Of a stretch of DNA of 64,000 nt, positions 1 to 11,794 are shown in pieces (position 1 is the first letter of the stretch; each line of letters opens with the position of its first letter). A program made the translations under genes and the position numbers. This DNA is from an uncultured Phycisphaerales bacterium (lineage in GTDB: Bacteria > Planctomycetota > Phycisphaerae > Tepidisphaerales > Tepidisphaeraceae): contig CAWJPJ010000007.1 of NCBI GenBank assembly GCA_963844715.1, positions 256,001-320,000 of the forward strand, in the 5' to 3' direction. The notes below the pieces were generated by a model that worked only from the letters and a program-made list of their open reading frames with translations, made no database searches and was not told the DNA's origin.

Positions 1-624
1 TGATGCGCTCCTGGAAGCGGGGAAATTCGACTGGATTGTCTTCACGTCCGCCAACGGGGCATCCGCCGTCAAAAAAAGATTGTGGGATTTGAAAAAAGAT
101 GCGCGAATATTTGGAAACGCGAAGATCGCCGTCATCGGGGAGGCGACGGCGCGGGCGGTCGAACAGGAATTGTGCCTGCAGGTGAATTGCTGCCCGAAAC
201 GGTTTGTGGCTGAAGCGTTGGCGAAGGAATTAATCTCGTCCGGCCAGACCAAGGGGAAGCGTTTTTTGCTCCTGCCGCGGATCTGGGACGGCCGGAACTG
301 GTTCACATGCTCGAAGGCGGCGGAGCCGTGGTGAAGGACGTGACGGTTTACGAAACGCGTTCGGTCGCTCAATTGCCGGCGGAAGTGACCGAGGCGCTGG
401 CCCACGGTCAGGTCGACTGGATCACGTTCACCAGCAGCAGCACGGCCAAAAATCTGGCGGCTCTTTTGGGGGCGAACTATCGGGATCAACTTCGGGGAGT
501 GAAGCTGGCCAGCATCGGGCCGATTACCACGAGAACACTGGTGGAATTAGGATTGAACCCGCAGGTCGAGGCCGAGACGTATGACATCCCCGGGCTGGCG
601 GCGGCAATGGCGGCACACAAATGA
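1..624 (+). CDS. hemD: Uroporphyrinogen-III synthase (HemD), 5'-truncated by window edge, one apparent frameshift near 275
   Basis: Frame 2 from position 2 reads FDWIVFTSANG...AVIGEATA; after the shift VTVYET...VDWITFTSSST...ASIGPIT, which are HemD motifs. ORFs 80..334 and 307..624 join. Confidence 0.85.
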
Positions 625-1565
625 GTTTGGAGAATCCGATCATCGCCGTCATCGGGGCCGGCGCGGTCGGCGGATATTACGGCGCGCGACTCGTCGAGGG
701 GGGCTTCCAGGTCCATTTCCACATGCGGTCGGATGCCGAGTCCGTCCGGAAGACGGGGATGCGGATCGAAAGCCGGGACGGCGATTTCGTACTTTCTTCC
801 GGACAGGTGCGGGCTCACGAGCATCCGTCGACGATGCCCAAAGCCGATCTGATCGTCGTCACGCTCAAAACCACGGCAAATGATCAATTGGGTGATTTGA
901 TCGAGCCGATCGTGAAGGACGACTCGGCAATCCTGACTCTGCAAAATGGTTTGGGCAACGAGGAGATTCTGGCCGAACGCTTCGGGGCGGGGCGGGTGCT
1001 CGGGGGGATGGCATTTGTCTGTATCAACCGGCTGGCCCCGGGGCATATCAGCCATACCGATCATGGGATGATCCAACTGGCGGAATATTCGACCCCCGAG
1101 GGGGCCTCGCCGCGGGCGAGACGGATCGCCGAGATATTCTCCCAATGCAAGATTCCTTGCGGGACAATACCCAACTTGATCTACGGACGATGGGAAAAGC
1201 TGCTCTGGAACATCCCCTTCAACGGACTGGGGGCTCTGCTGGATCGATCGACCGACCGGCTGATTGATAACGCGGCCGGACTGCACCTTGTGACGACCCT
1301 AATGGCTGAAGTGGAAAGGATCGCGGCGGCCCTGGGGCACAAACTCCCGGCCGACCTGATCCAGAGGAAAATTGACTATACCCGCACCATGGGCGCTTAT
1401 AGGACTAGCACCCAGATCGATAGACAAAGAAACCGTCCTATGGAACTGGAGGCGATCTGGGGGCGGCCCCTGGAGACGGCGCGTTCAAACGGCGCTACAA
1501 CGCCTTATATAGAAATGCTTTACAACGCACTGGTTTTGATTAATCGTCCAAATCAATTCCGATAA
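621..1565 (+). CDS. panE: 2-dehydropantoate 2-reductase (ketopantoate reductase family)
   Basis: GAGAVGGYYG Rossmann motif, LQNGLG, WEKLLWNIPFN, ST-D...E-EAI motifs; ATGA overlap with hemD. Confidence 0.88.
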   Translation: MSLENPIIAVIGAGAVGGYYGARLVEGGFQVHFHMRSDAESVRKTGMRIESRDGDFVLSSGQVRAHEHPSTMPKADLIVVTLKTTANDQLGDLIEPIVKDDSAILTLQNGLGNEEILAERFGAGRVLGGMAFVCINRLAPGHISHTDHGMIQLAEYSTPEGASPRARRIAEIFSQCKIPCGTIPNLIYGRWEKLLWNIPFNGLGALLDRSTDRLIDNAAGLHLVTTLMAEVERIAAALGHKLPADLIQRKIDYTRTMGAYRTSTQIDRQRNRPMELEAIWGRPLETARSNGATTPYIEMLYNALVLINRPNQFR

Positions 1566-1743
1566 AATCCCGGCTGGCGTGAGAAGATGGCTAATCTTCG
1601 ACTTTTGCCTTGCCTTCTTTTGTTTTTGGGTTATAGAAAATGATGCACTAGGTGATAGATTTCACGAAGTGCACCGTTTTCGTGTCTGTCGGGGCGGAGA
1701 GTGCCCCGCAGTTTCGGTGTGAGGGCGTAAGGGAGTAGAGAAA

Positions 1744-1944
1744 ATGGTTTCCCAACGTAGGGTTGCACAACTCGGCCTAGCGGCGGCGGCGCTGGTGATG
1801 ATCAGTTCCGTCGGCATTTTGATCACTCAGGGCGATAACGGGATTAACATTGCTAAGGGGAACGGAGTCTCTTCCGCCCCTCAAGCAGTCGTTCCCTTGG
1901 TTTCGGTTTCGGATCGCTCCAATGGCGACGGCTCGAAGCAGTAG
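1744..1944 (+). CDS. Small 66-aa protein with N-terminal hydrophobic helix
   Basis: GGGAG RBS upstream of ATG; basic N-terminus followed by hydrophobic LGLAAAALVMISSVGILI. Confidence 0.5.
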   Translation: MVSQRRVAQLGLAAAALVMISSVGILITQGDNGINIAKGNGVSSAPQAVVPLVSVSDRSNGDGSKQ

Positions 1945-2019
1945 TCTCTCGCCCGTCTAACACACTGCATTTCCAACCTGCTTCTTCGTGCGCGCCTGTC
2001 TCTGGGCTAGAATACTCCC

Positions 2020-3252
2020 ATGCATCTGGTCGTCTTCGAAGGATCGCACTGGCCAAGCTTCGTTCCCATTTCGATCAACCGGCCGGTCTTTGCCCTACGC
2101 TGCGGACTGAGCACTCTTCTTGAAAAGCAGATTCGCCACATTCGACCGACGCGTTTGACGCTATGGGTTCGGCCGGCGCTGGCGGAGTATTGCCGCAAGC
2201 ACATCGCGCCGGAACTGGGGGTTCCGACATCCGTTAACACGCCGCTGGATGACGAGCCGACCCTGCTTTCCAGCGGGCGAGCCCTGCATGTGGGGAGGTA
2301 CGACGTTCACGAATCACAATGGGTGGTCGTGGACGATCCCGGCGTGATCCGCATGGCGTTTACAAAATCCCCGGGGCTGTCTCATGAGGATTGCCTGAAT
2401 CGAACCCCCGCCTGGACGAAGCTGCTCGATTTGCCGCGAGACACGCAACCCGCCCGTCTGCCGCAATACCTTTCGGACCTGGTTCATTGGAACGAAGAGG
2501 CGATCATGGCCGACGCGAATCCGCTTCTGGAAAAGGAGCATTCGCTTCCCAAGGGGCCGTACCACGTGATTGGGGATCAGAATGTGATTGTCGGCCCGAA
2601 GGCAACACTAGGACCCGGCGTCGTTCTCGATGGGAGCAAAGGACCGGTCATCATCGAGGAAGGTGCGTCGGTCGGCGCAAATAGCGTGCTCACCGGGCCG
2701 TGCGCGATCGGGAAATTCACGACGGTTGCGCCTCTGACGTATATCCGCGAAGGAACGAGCATCGGCATGATGTGCAAAGTTGCCGGCGAAATCGCCAACA
2801 GCATCATCCAGGGCTGGTCCAACAAAGCCCACTACGGCTATCTCGGGCACAGCTACCTGGGCGAATGGGTCAACCTCGGCGCCGGCACCACCACGAGCAA
2901 CCTGAAAAACACCTACGGCCCAATCAAGATGCACATCGGCAAGAAAGAAATCGTCACAGACCGCCGCCTCCTCGGCTCCATGATCGGCGACCACAGCAAG
3001 ACCGCGATCAGCACGCGATTAATGAGCGGCAGTTACATCGGCTATTGCAGCATGCTCGCCGCCAGCACGCTTCCGCCGCGATTCATCCCCAGCTTTACGT
3101 TCTGGACGGATCGCGGGATGGAGCCGTATCGAATCGACAAGGCGCGCGAAGTCATGTCGCAGGTCTATGCAAGGCGCGGGCGGATTTGGGGCGATGAGGA
3201 TGAGGCGATGCTCCAGTACGCCGTTGAGTCTGTGCGCGAATTGCAGAAATAA
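2020..3252 (+). CDS. GlmU-like putative sugar nucleotidyltransferase/hexapeptide-repeat protein
   Basis: N-terminal RPVFALRCG (degenerate NTP-transferase domain), left-handed beta-helix repeats, NKAHYGYLGHSYLGEWVNLGAGTTTSNLKN. Confidence 0.8.
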   Translation: MHLVVFEGSHWPSFVPISINRPVFALRCGLSTLLEKQIRHIRPTRLTLWVRPALAEYCRKHIAPELGVPTSVNTPLDDEPTLLSSGRALHVGRYDVHESQWVVVDDPGVIRMAFTKSPGLSHEDCLNRTPAWTKLLDLPRDTQPARLPQYLSDLVHWNEEAIMADANPLLEKEHSLPKGPYHVIGDQNVIVGPKATLGPGVVLDGSKGPVIIEEGASVGANSVLTGPCAIGKFTTVAPLTYIREGTSIGMMCKVAGEIANSIIQGWSNKAHYGYLGHSYLGEWVNLGAGTTTSNLKNTYGPIKMHIGKKEIVTDRRLLGSMIGDHSKTAISTRLMSGSYIGYCSMLAASTLPPRFIPSFTFWTDRGMEPYRIDKAREVMSQVYARRGRIWGDEDEAMLQYAVESVRELQK

Positions 3253-3305
3253 CGTCGACGCGGGCTCGGATGCAATCCCCACGTAGTTTGCGTATAACTT
3301 CCGCG

Positions 3306-4392
3306 ATGCCGTCCAAGCCCCGCATTCTCACCGGCGACACGCCCACCGGGAAACTTCACCTCGGCCACTACGTGGGGAGCCTCGAAAATCGGCTGGCTTT
3401 GCAGGACGAATACGACTGCTATTTCATTATCGCCAACAAGCACGCGTTCACGACTCGCGCGGACAAGCCGGAGGAGATCCGGCAGTCGGTGATGGAGATC
3501 GCTACGGATTATCTCGCGGCCGGGATCGATCCGAACAAGAGCACCATCTTCATCCAAAGTGAAGTCCCGGCCATCGACGAACTGACGTTTTTCTTCGCGA
3601 TGCTGGTGCCATTCAATCGCGTGATGCGGAACCCGACACTGAAGGATGAAATCCGTGACAAGGAACTGGGGGACAATTATTCGTTCGGATTCCCGATGTA
3701 CGCGGTGGGGCAATGCGCGGACATTCTGGCGTTTCGCCCGGCGCTGGTTCCCGTCGGGGAGGATCAACTGCCTCACCTGGAGATGTCGCGGGAGATCGCC
3801 CGGAGGTTCGACCAAATGTACTGTGGGGTCGATCCACATACGGAGGACAAGGATTACGCGGCCAAAGGCGGGCTCTTCCCCATCTTCCAGCCGCTGCTCG
3901 GGCGAGTGAAAAGACTGGTCGGCACCGGCGGCCCCGGACCGAACGGCGATCTGCTCAAGATGAGCAAATCCCTGAACAACGCGATTTTCCTATCCGACGA
4001 CGCCGAGACGGTGCGAAAAAAAGTCATGGGGATGTACACCGATCCCAAACGCCTGCGGGCGACCGATCCTGGAACCGTGGAGAACAACCCACTGTGGATT
4101 TTTCACGAGACGTTCAACCCCGACAAGGCGTGGGTCATGGATCAGCAGGAAGCCTATCGCCAGGGAAAAGTCGGCGACGTCGTCATCAAGAAACAACTCG
4201 TGGAGGTTCTGAACACGATCATCGAGCCGATCCGAAACCGGCGCAAGCATTACGAGGATCGGCCGGACGACGTGCTGGACGTGCTGCGAGCCGGAACAGG
4301 CGCGCGCCAATGCGGTCTCGGAAGAGACTCTGCACCTGGCAAAGAAAGCCATGAAGCAGGATTACTTCCCCCGGTCACTGACTCTGGGATAA
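3306..4392 (+). CDS. trpS: Tryptophanyl-tRNA synthetase; apparent frameshift near 4300
   Basis: TGDTPTGKLHLGH (HIGH motif), VPVGEDQLPHLE, KMSKS. The alternate frame after ~4300 gives ANAVSEETL...DYFPRSLTLG* ending at 4392. Confidence 0.95.
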
Positions 4393-6142
4393 ATAATTAA
4401 GCCACATCTGGCGATATGATCCCTCGATCTGCCGCGCCAAAGATTTTGGATCCATGATCGGCGAATCAAGCATTTTTTGGCGCAGATGTCGCCGCAAGTC
4501 AGCGAGGCGCGGAATATCTGCCGCTAATTCCAGGGCGATGCGCTGATACGCCGCTCGATCCTCGGCAATCAGCTCCGTGAGATTCAAATTTGAGAGGACA
4601 CTGAGACCCAGACGGTGGCGGCAGATGTTCCCGGCCAGCGTTACCACCGGTAAACCCAGCCAAAGGGCGTGACAACTGATCGTGTGCCCGCAAACGGGGA
4701 AGGTATCGAGCAGAATGTCGGCTTCGTGATGGAGCGCGTAATACCCCTCCCACGATTGCCGCGGCAAAAGGCGGAGGCGCTGTGGTTCAACGCCGCGCGA
4801 TGCGAAAATCGATTCGATCCCCGCGCGGGCTTGCGGATTGCAGGCCGTGGGCTGCCATGAGGAACTTCGAGCTCGGCACTTTGGCGAGAATTTCCGCCCA
4901 GCAGTCGAGCAAGTCGGGATTCACTTTTGAAAGATTATTGAAGCTGGCGAAAGTCCCCGCGCCTGTCCGGGAGGCTGGGGAGGGCCATACCTCCGGCATA
5001 TCGTCGGGCGGGCGATAGCAGGCAAAAGTTTTGGGGAGGCGAATCAATTTTTCGGTATAGAACCGGTCCGTGCCCGGGGGATCAAGATAGGCGTCGGTAA
5101 AGCGATAGCCGATCGTCGACAGGCCGGTCGTATCGGTGTAGCCGAGATACGTGACCTGCACGGGGGCCGGCTTTCGGGCGAAAACCAGAAGCCGGGACCC
5201 CTCGGTATGCCCGGAAAGATCGACCAGAATGTCGATGGCATCCCTGCGAATCATTTCCGCCGCCTCGGCGTGATCCAGGTCGTAGATGTTGCGCCAGTGT
5301 GCGACTTCGCCTCGCAGGCGGTCTGTGAGATCGTCGGTATCTTTGGCCGTGCTGTAGGCGAATACGTCAACCTGTTTGGGATCGTGATTCGCCAGCAAAG
5401 GCTCGATGAAAATCGCGGCTGAATGGCGCCGGAAATCGCCGGAGACGTATCCGACGCGGAGCGGCCGATCGGGGTTGCGATCGTTCGTGTGGCCGCGGAT
5501 ATCGCCGCGCAGGGGGAATCCAAATCGCCGATCCCAATCCAAATGCTCGGCGAATAGGACGGCTGGGTCGGCCTTCGAGTCGAAATGCAGCGTGAAAAGC
5601 CGGTTGGCCAGGAAACTCGGCTCCGGGACCAGGCGCGAGATGCGTCCGAATATTTCCGCCGCCTCAGCGGCGCTGCCCTGCAATTGCAGCGCAAGGGCGA
5701 GATTGTGCAGAAATTCCGGATGGTCCGGCCGAAGGGCCAGGGCGCGATTAAAAACCTCCACGCCGCGCGGCCCCTCCCCCGCATCCCGAAGGGCGTTGCC
5801 GAGATTATTCAGAATATCCGCGACATCGGGCCGCAACTTCAGCGCTTCTTCATAGGCGGCCACCGCTTCGACGGACTTTTTCTGCTCGCGCAGGACGATC
5901 CCGAGATTGTTGAAAGCCTCGACATAATCCGGCTTGGCGGCGATGGCGCGACGGAAAAAGCCCTCGGCGTCGCCGGGCCGCTCGCTCTGCATGTTGACGA
6001 TCCCCAGAAGCTGCAATGCGTAGGGATTTTCGGGCCTTTCAGCCAGAAGCTGACGAAGCAACGACTCCGCCTCGCCGAGACGGGAATCGCCGAGCATTTG
6101 AACGGCCTGGGAAAGCTGCTGATTGAATTCGGTCTCGCTCAC
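4375..6142 (-). CDS. TPR-containing O-GlcNAc/O-fucosyltransferase-like protein (GT41/SPINDLY family), copy 3; frameshift near 4820
   Basis: TPR repeats, RVGYVSGDFRRH, DILVDLSGHT, KPAPVQVTYLGY, FASFNNLSK, DILLDTFP, LWLGLPVVTL. GTG start overlaps the upstream stop. Confidence 0.85.
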
Positions 6143-8102
6143 GCCGTCTTTCTCCCGCACCAATCGCGCCACATCGCGCGGAACGCTTCTTCCACATCCC
6201 TGGCGTATCGCCCGGCATCCATGAGCGGGGACGCTTGCATCTTGTCGCGCAGGCCGCGCCGTATTTCCGCCAGGCGGGGCAAATCGCCGGCCAATTGTTT
6301 TGCAATCGCAACGTACTCATCGGGCGAATCGGCGATCAACTCCGGCAGGCCCGCATTCGTCAATATGCTCACCCCCGCGCGCCCGACGGCGGTCGATCCG
6401 CGCAGGGTAACCGAGGGCACGCCCATCCAGAGCGAATCGCACGTGGTCGTTCCGCCGTTGAAAGGGAAGGAATCGAGGCCAATGTCGACCTGGTTGTAAT
6501 TCTCGAAATATTCACGCGGTTTGCCTGGCGGCGCAAAGGAAAGACGATCCGGGTTCAGATGCCCCGCCTCGAGGTCCGCACGATATTGATTCCGGCGCGA
6601 GCCGAACGGACAGGAGAGCACGAGTCGCGACTGGGGGACTTCGGCGAGGATGCGCATCCAAAGTTTCCAGGCGTCGGCCGAGAGTTTGCTCAGATTATTG
6701 AATGACGCGAACGTGACCACCCCATCTCGCAATGCGGGGAGCGACGAAGAAGCCGAAATGTCCTCCATCATCGGCTGGTAGCACCAATACGTGCGAGCAA
6801 GGCACACGGATTTCTCGGAATAGGCCGATTCATCGCACCCCGGCGGATCCAAGTAGGGATCGGTCAGCCGATAATCCATCGCGGTCATTCCGCTGCTCCC
6901 GCAATAGGCGAGAAAAGTAACCTGAACAGGCGAGGGCTTTCGGCGCATGTGAGCAGGCGATTGCCGGCGGTATGGAGGGAGAGATCGACCAGAATGTCGA
7001 TCTCATCGCCGCGAATCAGGTCGGCCAATTCGGCGTCGGATCGCCCGCGCGCGTCCCGCCAGGCATCGGCCAGCGATTGAAGCCGGCGCGTGGTCTCGTC
7101 GTGCCAGTGCACATCGGAATAGCAAAAGATTTCATACGCCGTGTGATTGTGATTCTGCAATAGGGGGAGCATGAAGCGCCCGATCGGATGGCCGAGAAAA
7201 TCGGGGGAGACGTAGCCGATCTTAATGCGCCGATTTTCGTGGCGCGAATTGTAGTGCGCCCGAATTTCCCGCGCCAGGGGCTCGGCGTGCATCGCGTTCC
7301 ACCGTTGCAATTCGTCGCGCAAAATCCGGGGCGATTCAAGCGGGACATACCCCATCGCGGCGACCAGATTGCTGTGCCACTGCGCGCGGGCCGGCTGAAG
7401 TTGAACGGCGCGGCCGTAATAACCAAGCGCCAATTCCGACTGGCCGGAGTCCATCAGCACGTTGCCGAGATTATTAAACGCCTCGGCGTAATCGGTGCGC
7501 AGAGAAATCGCCTTGGCGAAAGCCGCGGCGGCTTCGTCCTGGCGGCCCGCCACGCGGAGGGCAACGCCTAGATTATTGTGAGCGCTCGCTAGTTCCGGCC
7601 GCAGGCGGGCCACGCGAGCGAGCAATTCCAGCGCCTCGTCGTTCCTTCCACCGGCGCTGAGAAGCAGGCCCAGATTGCTCATCGCCGAATCGAGATCGCC
7701 CTGGATTTCCAGCGCGGCGCGAAACGACTCCATCGCCTTGCCGTAATCGCCGGAAGATTGATAGGCGATCCCCAGGCTGTTCAGCGCCAGCGCATATCGC
7801 GGCCGCAACTCTAAAGCCCGCCGATAACAGGCAAACGCCGCGGCCTTATCCCCAGCGGCATGCTGGGCGATTCCCAGTTGATGGAACCCTTCCGGAAATT
7901 CCGGCTGAAGATTGACGACGGCGGACAATCTTTCGATCGCCTCGGCCAGACGACCGGTCTGCTGGAGAAGCTGCCCGAGTAGGAACGTCGCCGTGGCATC
8001 GGCGGGATTGTTCGCAAGGATTTGGCGGTAGATTTTCTCGGCCTCGGACAGGTCCCCCGCCCGGTGAAGCTGCTGCGCGTGCTGCATCTGCGCTTCACTC
8101 AT
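6139..8102 (-). CDS. TPR-GT41/SPINDLY-like glycosyltransferase, copy 2; frameshift near 6945
   Basis: TPRs, KIGYVSPDFLGHP, DILVDLSLHT, FASFNNLSK, DIGLDSFPFNGGTTTCDSLWMGVP. Confidence 0.87.
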
Positions 8103-10165
8103 ACCCGGCTCCGCAGCCAATCCTTCCACATCTTTCGATAGACGCCTTCGACATCGCGGGCGAATTGCGCGCCGTCCGAAATCGGCGACCGTTTGAGGCT
8201 GTCGCGCAGCCGAATGCGCAAATCGGCGAGCCTGGGCAAATCTTTCGCCAGTCCCTCGGCAATCGCGATGTACCGATCGACATTTTCGGCGATCAGTTCG
8301 GGCAGGCCCATGGCGCCGAGCAAACTCGCCCCGACGCGACTGACGGCGGTGTCGCCGGTCAACGTTACAACGGGGACGCCCATCCAGTAAGAATCCAGGC
8401 TCGTCGTATGCCCCGGATACGGAAACGGGTCGAGCCCGATGTCCTGGCGATGAAAAAGCCGGACATACTCATCCCACGGCAAAAGCCCGACGATTTCGAT
8501 GCGGTCGCCGGCGATGCCGCATTGGGATAATGCCTCGAGCACTGCGCCGCGCCGCAGCGCCGGCCGGGCACCGAAGGATGAGCCTGGATTCCTTCACCTT
8601 GGCGAGCAACTCTCCCCACACCTGCAAAACCTGGGGAGTGACCTTGCAGAAATTATTCAGCGAGCCGAACGTGATGTGCCCGTTTCGCGTGGCCGGGAGG
8701 GGTTGTACAGCGGCTTCATCGCCGCCCCATCGCCAGCAGAGATAAGTGCTGGGCAGGCGGATCGTCTTTTCGGTGTAATTCCCGTCGGTCCCCGGCGGAT
8801 CGATCCAGGCGTCGCTGAGTCGATAGTCGACCGCCGACACTCCTGTCGTGCTGGGGTAACCGAGATAAGAGACCTGAATCGGCGCGGGCTTTTGCGCAAA
8901 AGCCGTGAGGCGATTGTGCGCCATGTGGAGGGAGAGATCGACGAGGATATCGATTTTGCGATCACGAATCGCGCTCACGAACTGATCGTCGGAAAGGGAA
9001 TGAACGGCGATCCATTCGTGGGGTAGCCGCTCCATGCGCTGCGTGCAGGCGTCGGCGTGCCGGACGTTGGAAAAGCAGAACGTCTGGAATTTCTGATGAT
9101 CGTGGTTTTCCAGAAGAAACTCGAACGACAATCCAACCGGATGGCGTCGGAAATCGGCCGAGACGTAACCGATGCGCAGCGGGCGATCGGGATCGCGATC
9201 GTTGGGGTGATCGTTTGCCGGTGCAATGCCGGCGATGTGACGACCTGCGAATTCCAAATGTTCGGCGAGGATTTTTTTGCGCCGAAGTCGGGATGAAAAT
9301 GGAGGGTGTAAAGTCGATTGGAATGGGTCGCGGCGGATTGAGGCCTCAGCGCGATGGCGCGGTCGTAGCACACCAGGGATTCGTCGAGCTGCCCGGCATC
9401 CTTAAGAAGCCCGGCGAGGTTATTCCAGGCGCGCGGCTCGTTGGGATTCGCGGCCAGGGATTGCCGCAGGGCGGCGATCGCCTCGTCGAGCATCGCGGCG
9501 TCGCGCAGAATCGTCCCCAGGTTATAAGCCGCTGACCAGTCGCGTGGATTGATCTCCAGGCGCGCCGCCAGGCCGCCACGGCCTCGGGGAAGCGCCGAAC
9601 TTTGTGCAGCAGAGGCGCCATATCCGCAAAGGCCTCGGCAAAATCCGGCTTCAGATCTATGGCGCGGACAAAAAGGTCCAGTGCCTCCGCGTCCTTGCCG
9701 GCATCCCGCAAAAAGACGGCGCAACGTCGCTGAATTTCGGCGCTGCGAGGTTCGAGAACGGCGGATTTGCGAATCGCTTCGATCGCCTCGGCGTACTGAT
9801 GCTTCATATAAAGCGATTGCGAGAGATTGAACCACGCCGCCGCCGAATCCGGCTGCAAGTCCAACACCCGCCGATAGGCGGCGGTCGCCTCGTCATATCT
9901 CTGGGCCAGTTGCAGGGCGGCGCCTAAATCGCCGGTAATGGCCGCATCCTCGGGCCGTTGCTCGAGCCGCGCGCACCAGCGCGTCGATCGCCTGCGGATA
10001 GGTACTCTTTTGGGTCAGCACGATGCCCAGAAAATGAAGGACATCCGGATGGAAAGGCTCCCGCGCCAGAATCTCGCGGAAGAGTTTCTCGGCATCGTCA
10101 AGATGGCCGGCGGCGTGATGACGCCTCGCCTGGTCGTATTTTTCCTGGAGTGAGGGTTCGCTCAT
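8099..10165 (-). CDS. TPR-GT41/SPINDLY-like glycosyltransferase, copy 1; about four apparent frameshifts
   Basis: Fragments across frames: TPRs (MSEPSLQEKYDQARRHH...), RIGYVSADFRRHP, KPAPIQVSYLGYP, FGSLNNFCK, DIGLDPFPYPGHTTSLDSYWMGVP. Confidence 0.8.
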
Positions 10166-10170
10166 ACCAA

Positions 10171-10876
10171 TCAAGCCGACGGCGGCGGGGGGAGATTTTG
10201 CTGATCGGGCGAGCCCGCAGGCGGCGCGGGCGGATACGCGGACTCGCCCGCGTCCCCCTGCTGCCCGTACCCGTAACCTTCGCCATACTGCTGCTGTTGC
10301 ATCCAGTAGTACCACGCCTGCTGCATCGCGGCGACCGCGCGCGGGTTGGGAATCGTGCGCAGAGCCCGAAGCTGGCTGACCAGGGTCCCGATGCAATAGG
10401 CGAGAATCGCGAGATAAAAGATCACCGACGGATCCAATCCGAGCTCGAGGTAATCCCCCGATGATAAGAAACACCACCAGCAGGCCCATTCCCCCCACGA
10501 TCACCATCGAAACGACGATCAAATTTCTGCGACGCCGGAATACAAAGGGGCTCAGAGCCGCTAGTAGCCCGCCGACAAGCATCACCGCGACCAGGATCGC
10601 AATCATGATCGCCCGAAACACGGCCGTCGGATCGTGCCCCGGAATGTCCGGCAACTCGCCGCCATTTTTTTGAAATTGCGAAATGGCAGCGGTCACCTCC
10701 GAGCTCGATATATTCGCCGCCAGGCACGTCCCGGAGAGGAACATCAGCAGCCCCATCACAAGTTGCAGGATCCCCGCGATCGTGGCGCTCCGGTCGCGCG
10801 GCGTCCACCCCGAACCGGGCAGATGATCCGTGGTCGGCGGCACATATGGATTGGGTGGGTAGGGGTATTGACTCAC
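10171..10876 (-). CDS. Four-TM membrane protein with Pro/Tyr/Gln-rich termini; frameshift near 10440
   Basis: MSQYPYPPNPY..., hydrophobic helices, C-terminal QQQQYGEGYGYGQQ...PPPP from joining 9893..10876 with 10171..10437. Confidence 0.6.
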
Positions 10877-11637
10877 AAGTTATTCCGGTGAGGAACACTA
10901 CCGATGGTCGCCCCCGGGGCTGCATGCGTCAAGCCGCTTTGGGCGGTCGCCACGATTGCCGCCCCCGCAACCGCGGCGGTCTCGATGCGCAGGATCGTAT
11001 CGGTCAATCGAACGCCCGCGATTCCCGCTGACGCGAAGAGTTCGGATTCCTCCGGCGTCCACCCCCCTTCCGGCCCGACGAATAGGACCAGGGACGCGGG
11101 TGGCGCGGCCAGCAATTCCAAAATCGGCCGTGCCGCGGCATCGACCGACAGGTGCCATCGAGCTTCGTTTGTCTTTTCCGCCATCAATTCTGCTGGCGTT
11201 GCCAGGGAATGGATCCGCATCACCGTATCCCTGCCCGATTGGCGCGAGGCCTCCGCGGCCAGACGCCGCCAGCGTTCGAATTTTTTGTCCCCTTTTGGCA
11301 GAACCGCGCCGCGCGCCGTTGCCAGGGGGAAGAAGTCCGCGACGCCCAATTCGGCCAATTTTTCGACCATCCAGTCCGCGCGGGCGGCCTTGGGAATGGC
11401 TGCGGCAACCGACAGGCGGGCCGCCACCGCCCGGGGGGGCTCAATCCGAGTGATTTCGATCGTCACCCCCGCCCGCCCCACGGCGGAAATCGACCCATGC
11501 CCCACAGCACCGCCCTGCCCGAAGACTTCGATCTCCTGCCCCATGGTCAGCCGCAGCACATCCCGGAGGTACCGGGCCTGAGCGTCAGATAAATCGGTCC
11601 TTCCCAGTGAGAATTCCGGCAGGTGAATCCGGCGCAT
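10873..11637 (-). CDS. rsmE: 16S rRNA m3U1498 methyltransferase
   Basis: VLRL, KLAELGV, EASRQSGR, VGPEGGW, ILRIETAA motifs. Confidence 0.93.
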   Translation of the reverse strand: MRRIHLPEFSLGRTDLSDAQARYLRDVLRLTMGQEIEVFGQGGAVGHGSISAVGRAGVTIEITRIEPPRAVAARLSVAAAIPKAARADWMVEKLAELGVADFFPLATARGAVLPKGDKKFERWRRLAAEASRQSGRDTVMRIHSLATPAELMAEKTNEARWHLSVDAAARPILELLAAPPASLVLFVGPEGGWTPEESELFASAGIAGVRLTDTILRIETAAVAGAAIVATAQSGLTHAAPGATIGSVPHRNNL

Positions 11638-11794
11638 AATAAGGGGCGATTATCAGACTGACCCGCGCATGGGGCAAGGCAGCATTGAAACCCGCGTTTC
11701 CGCTAGTTATGATTCCTTCGGTCCTGTCCGAATAAACGCAAGGATGCGCGGTCACGGCTAAAGCAAGGCCCTGATCGTTCGGTAAGGAGTCCGT

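Noticed and set aside
9893..10876. Membrane protein-TPR fusion ORF
   Set aside because: Created by a frameshift near 10440; the membrane gene ends at 10171 and the TPR gene starts at 10165.
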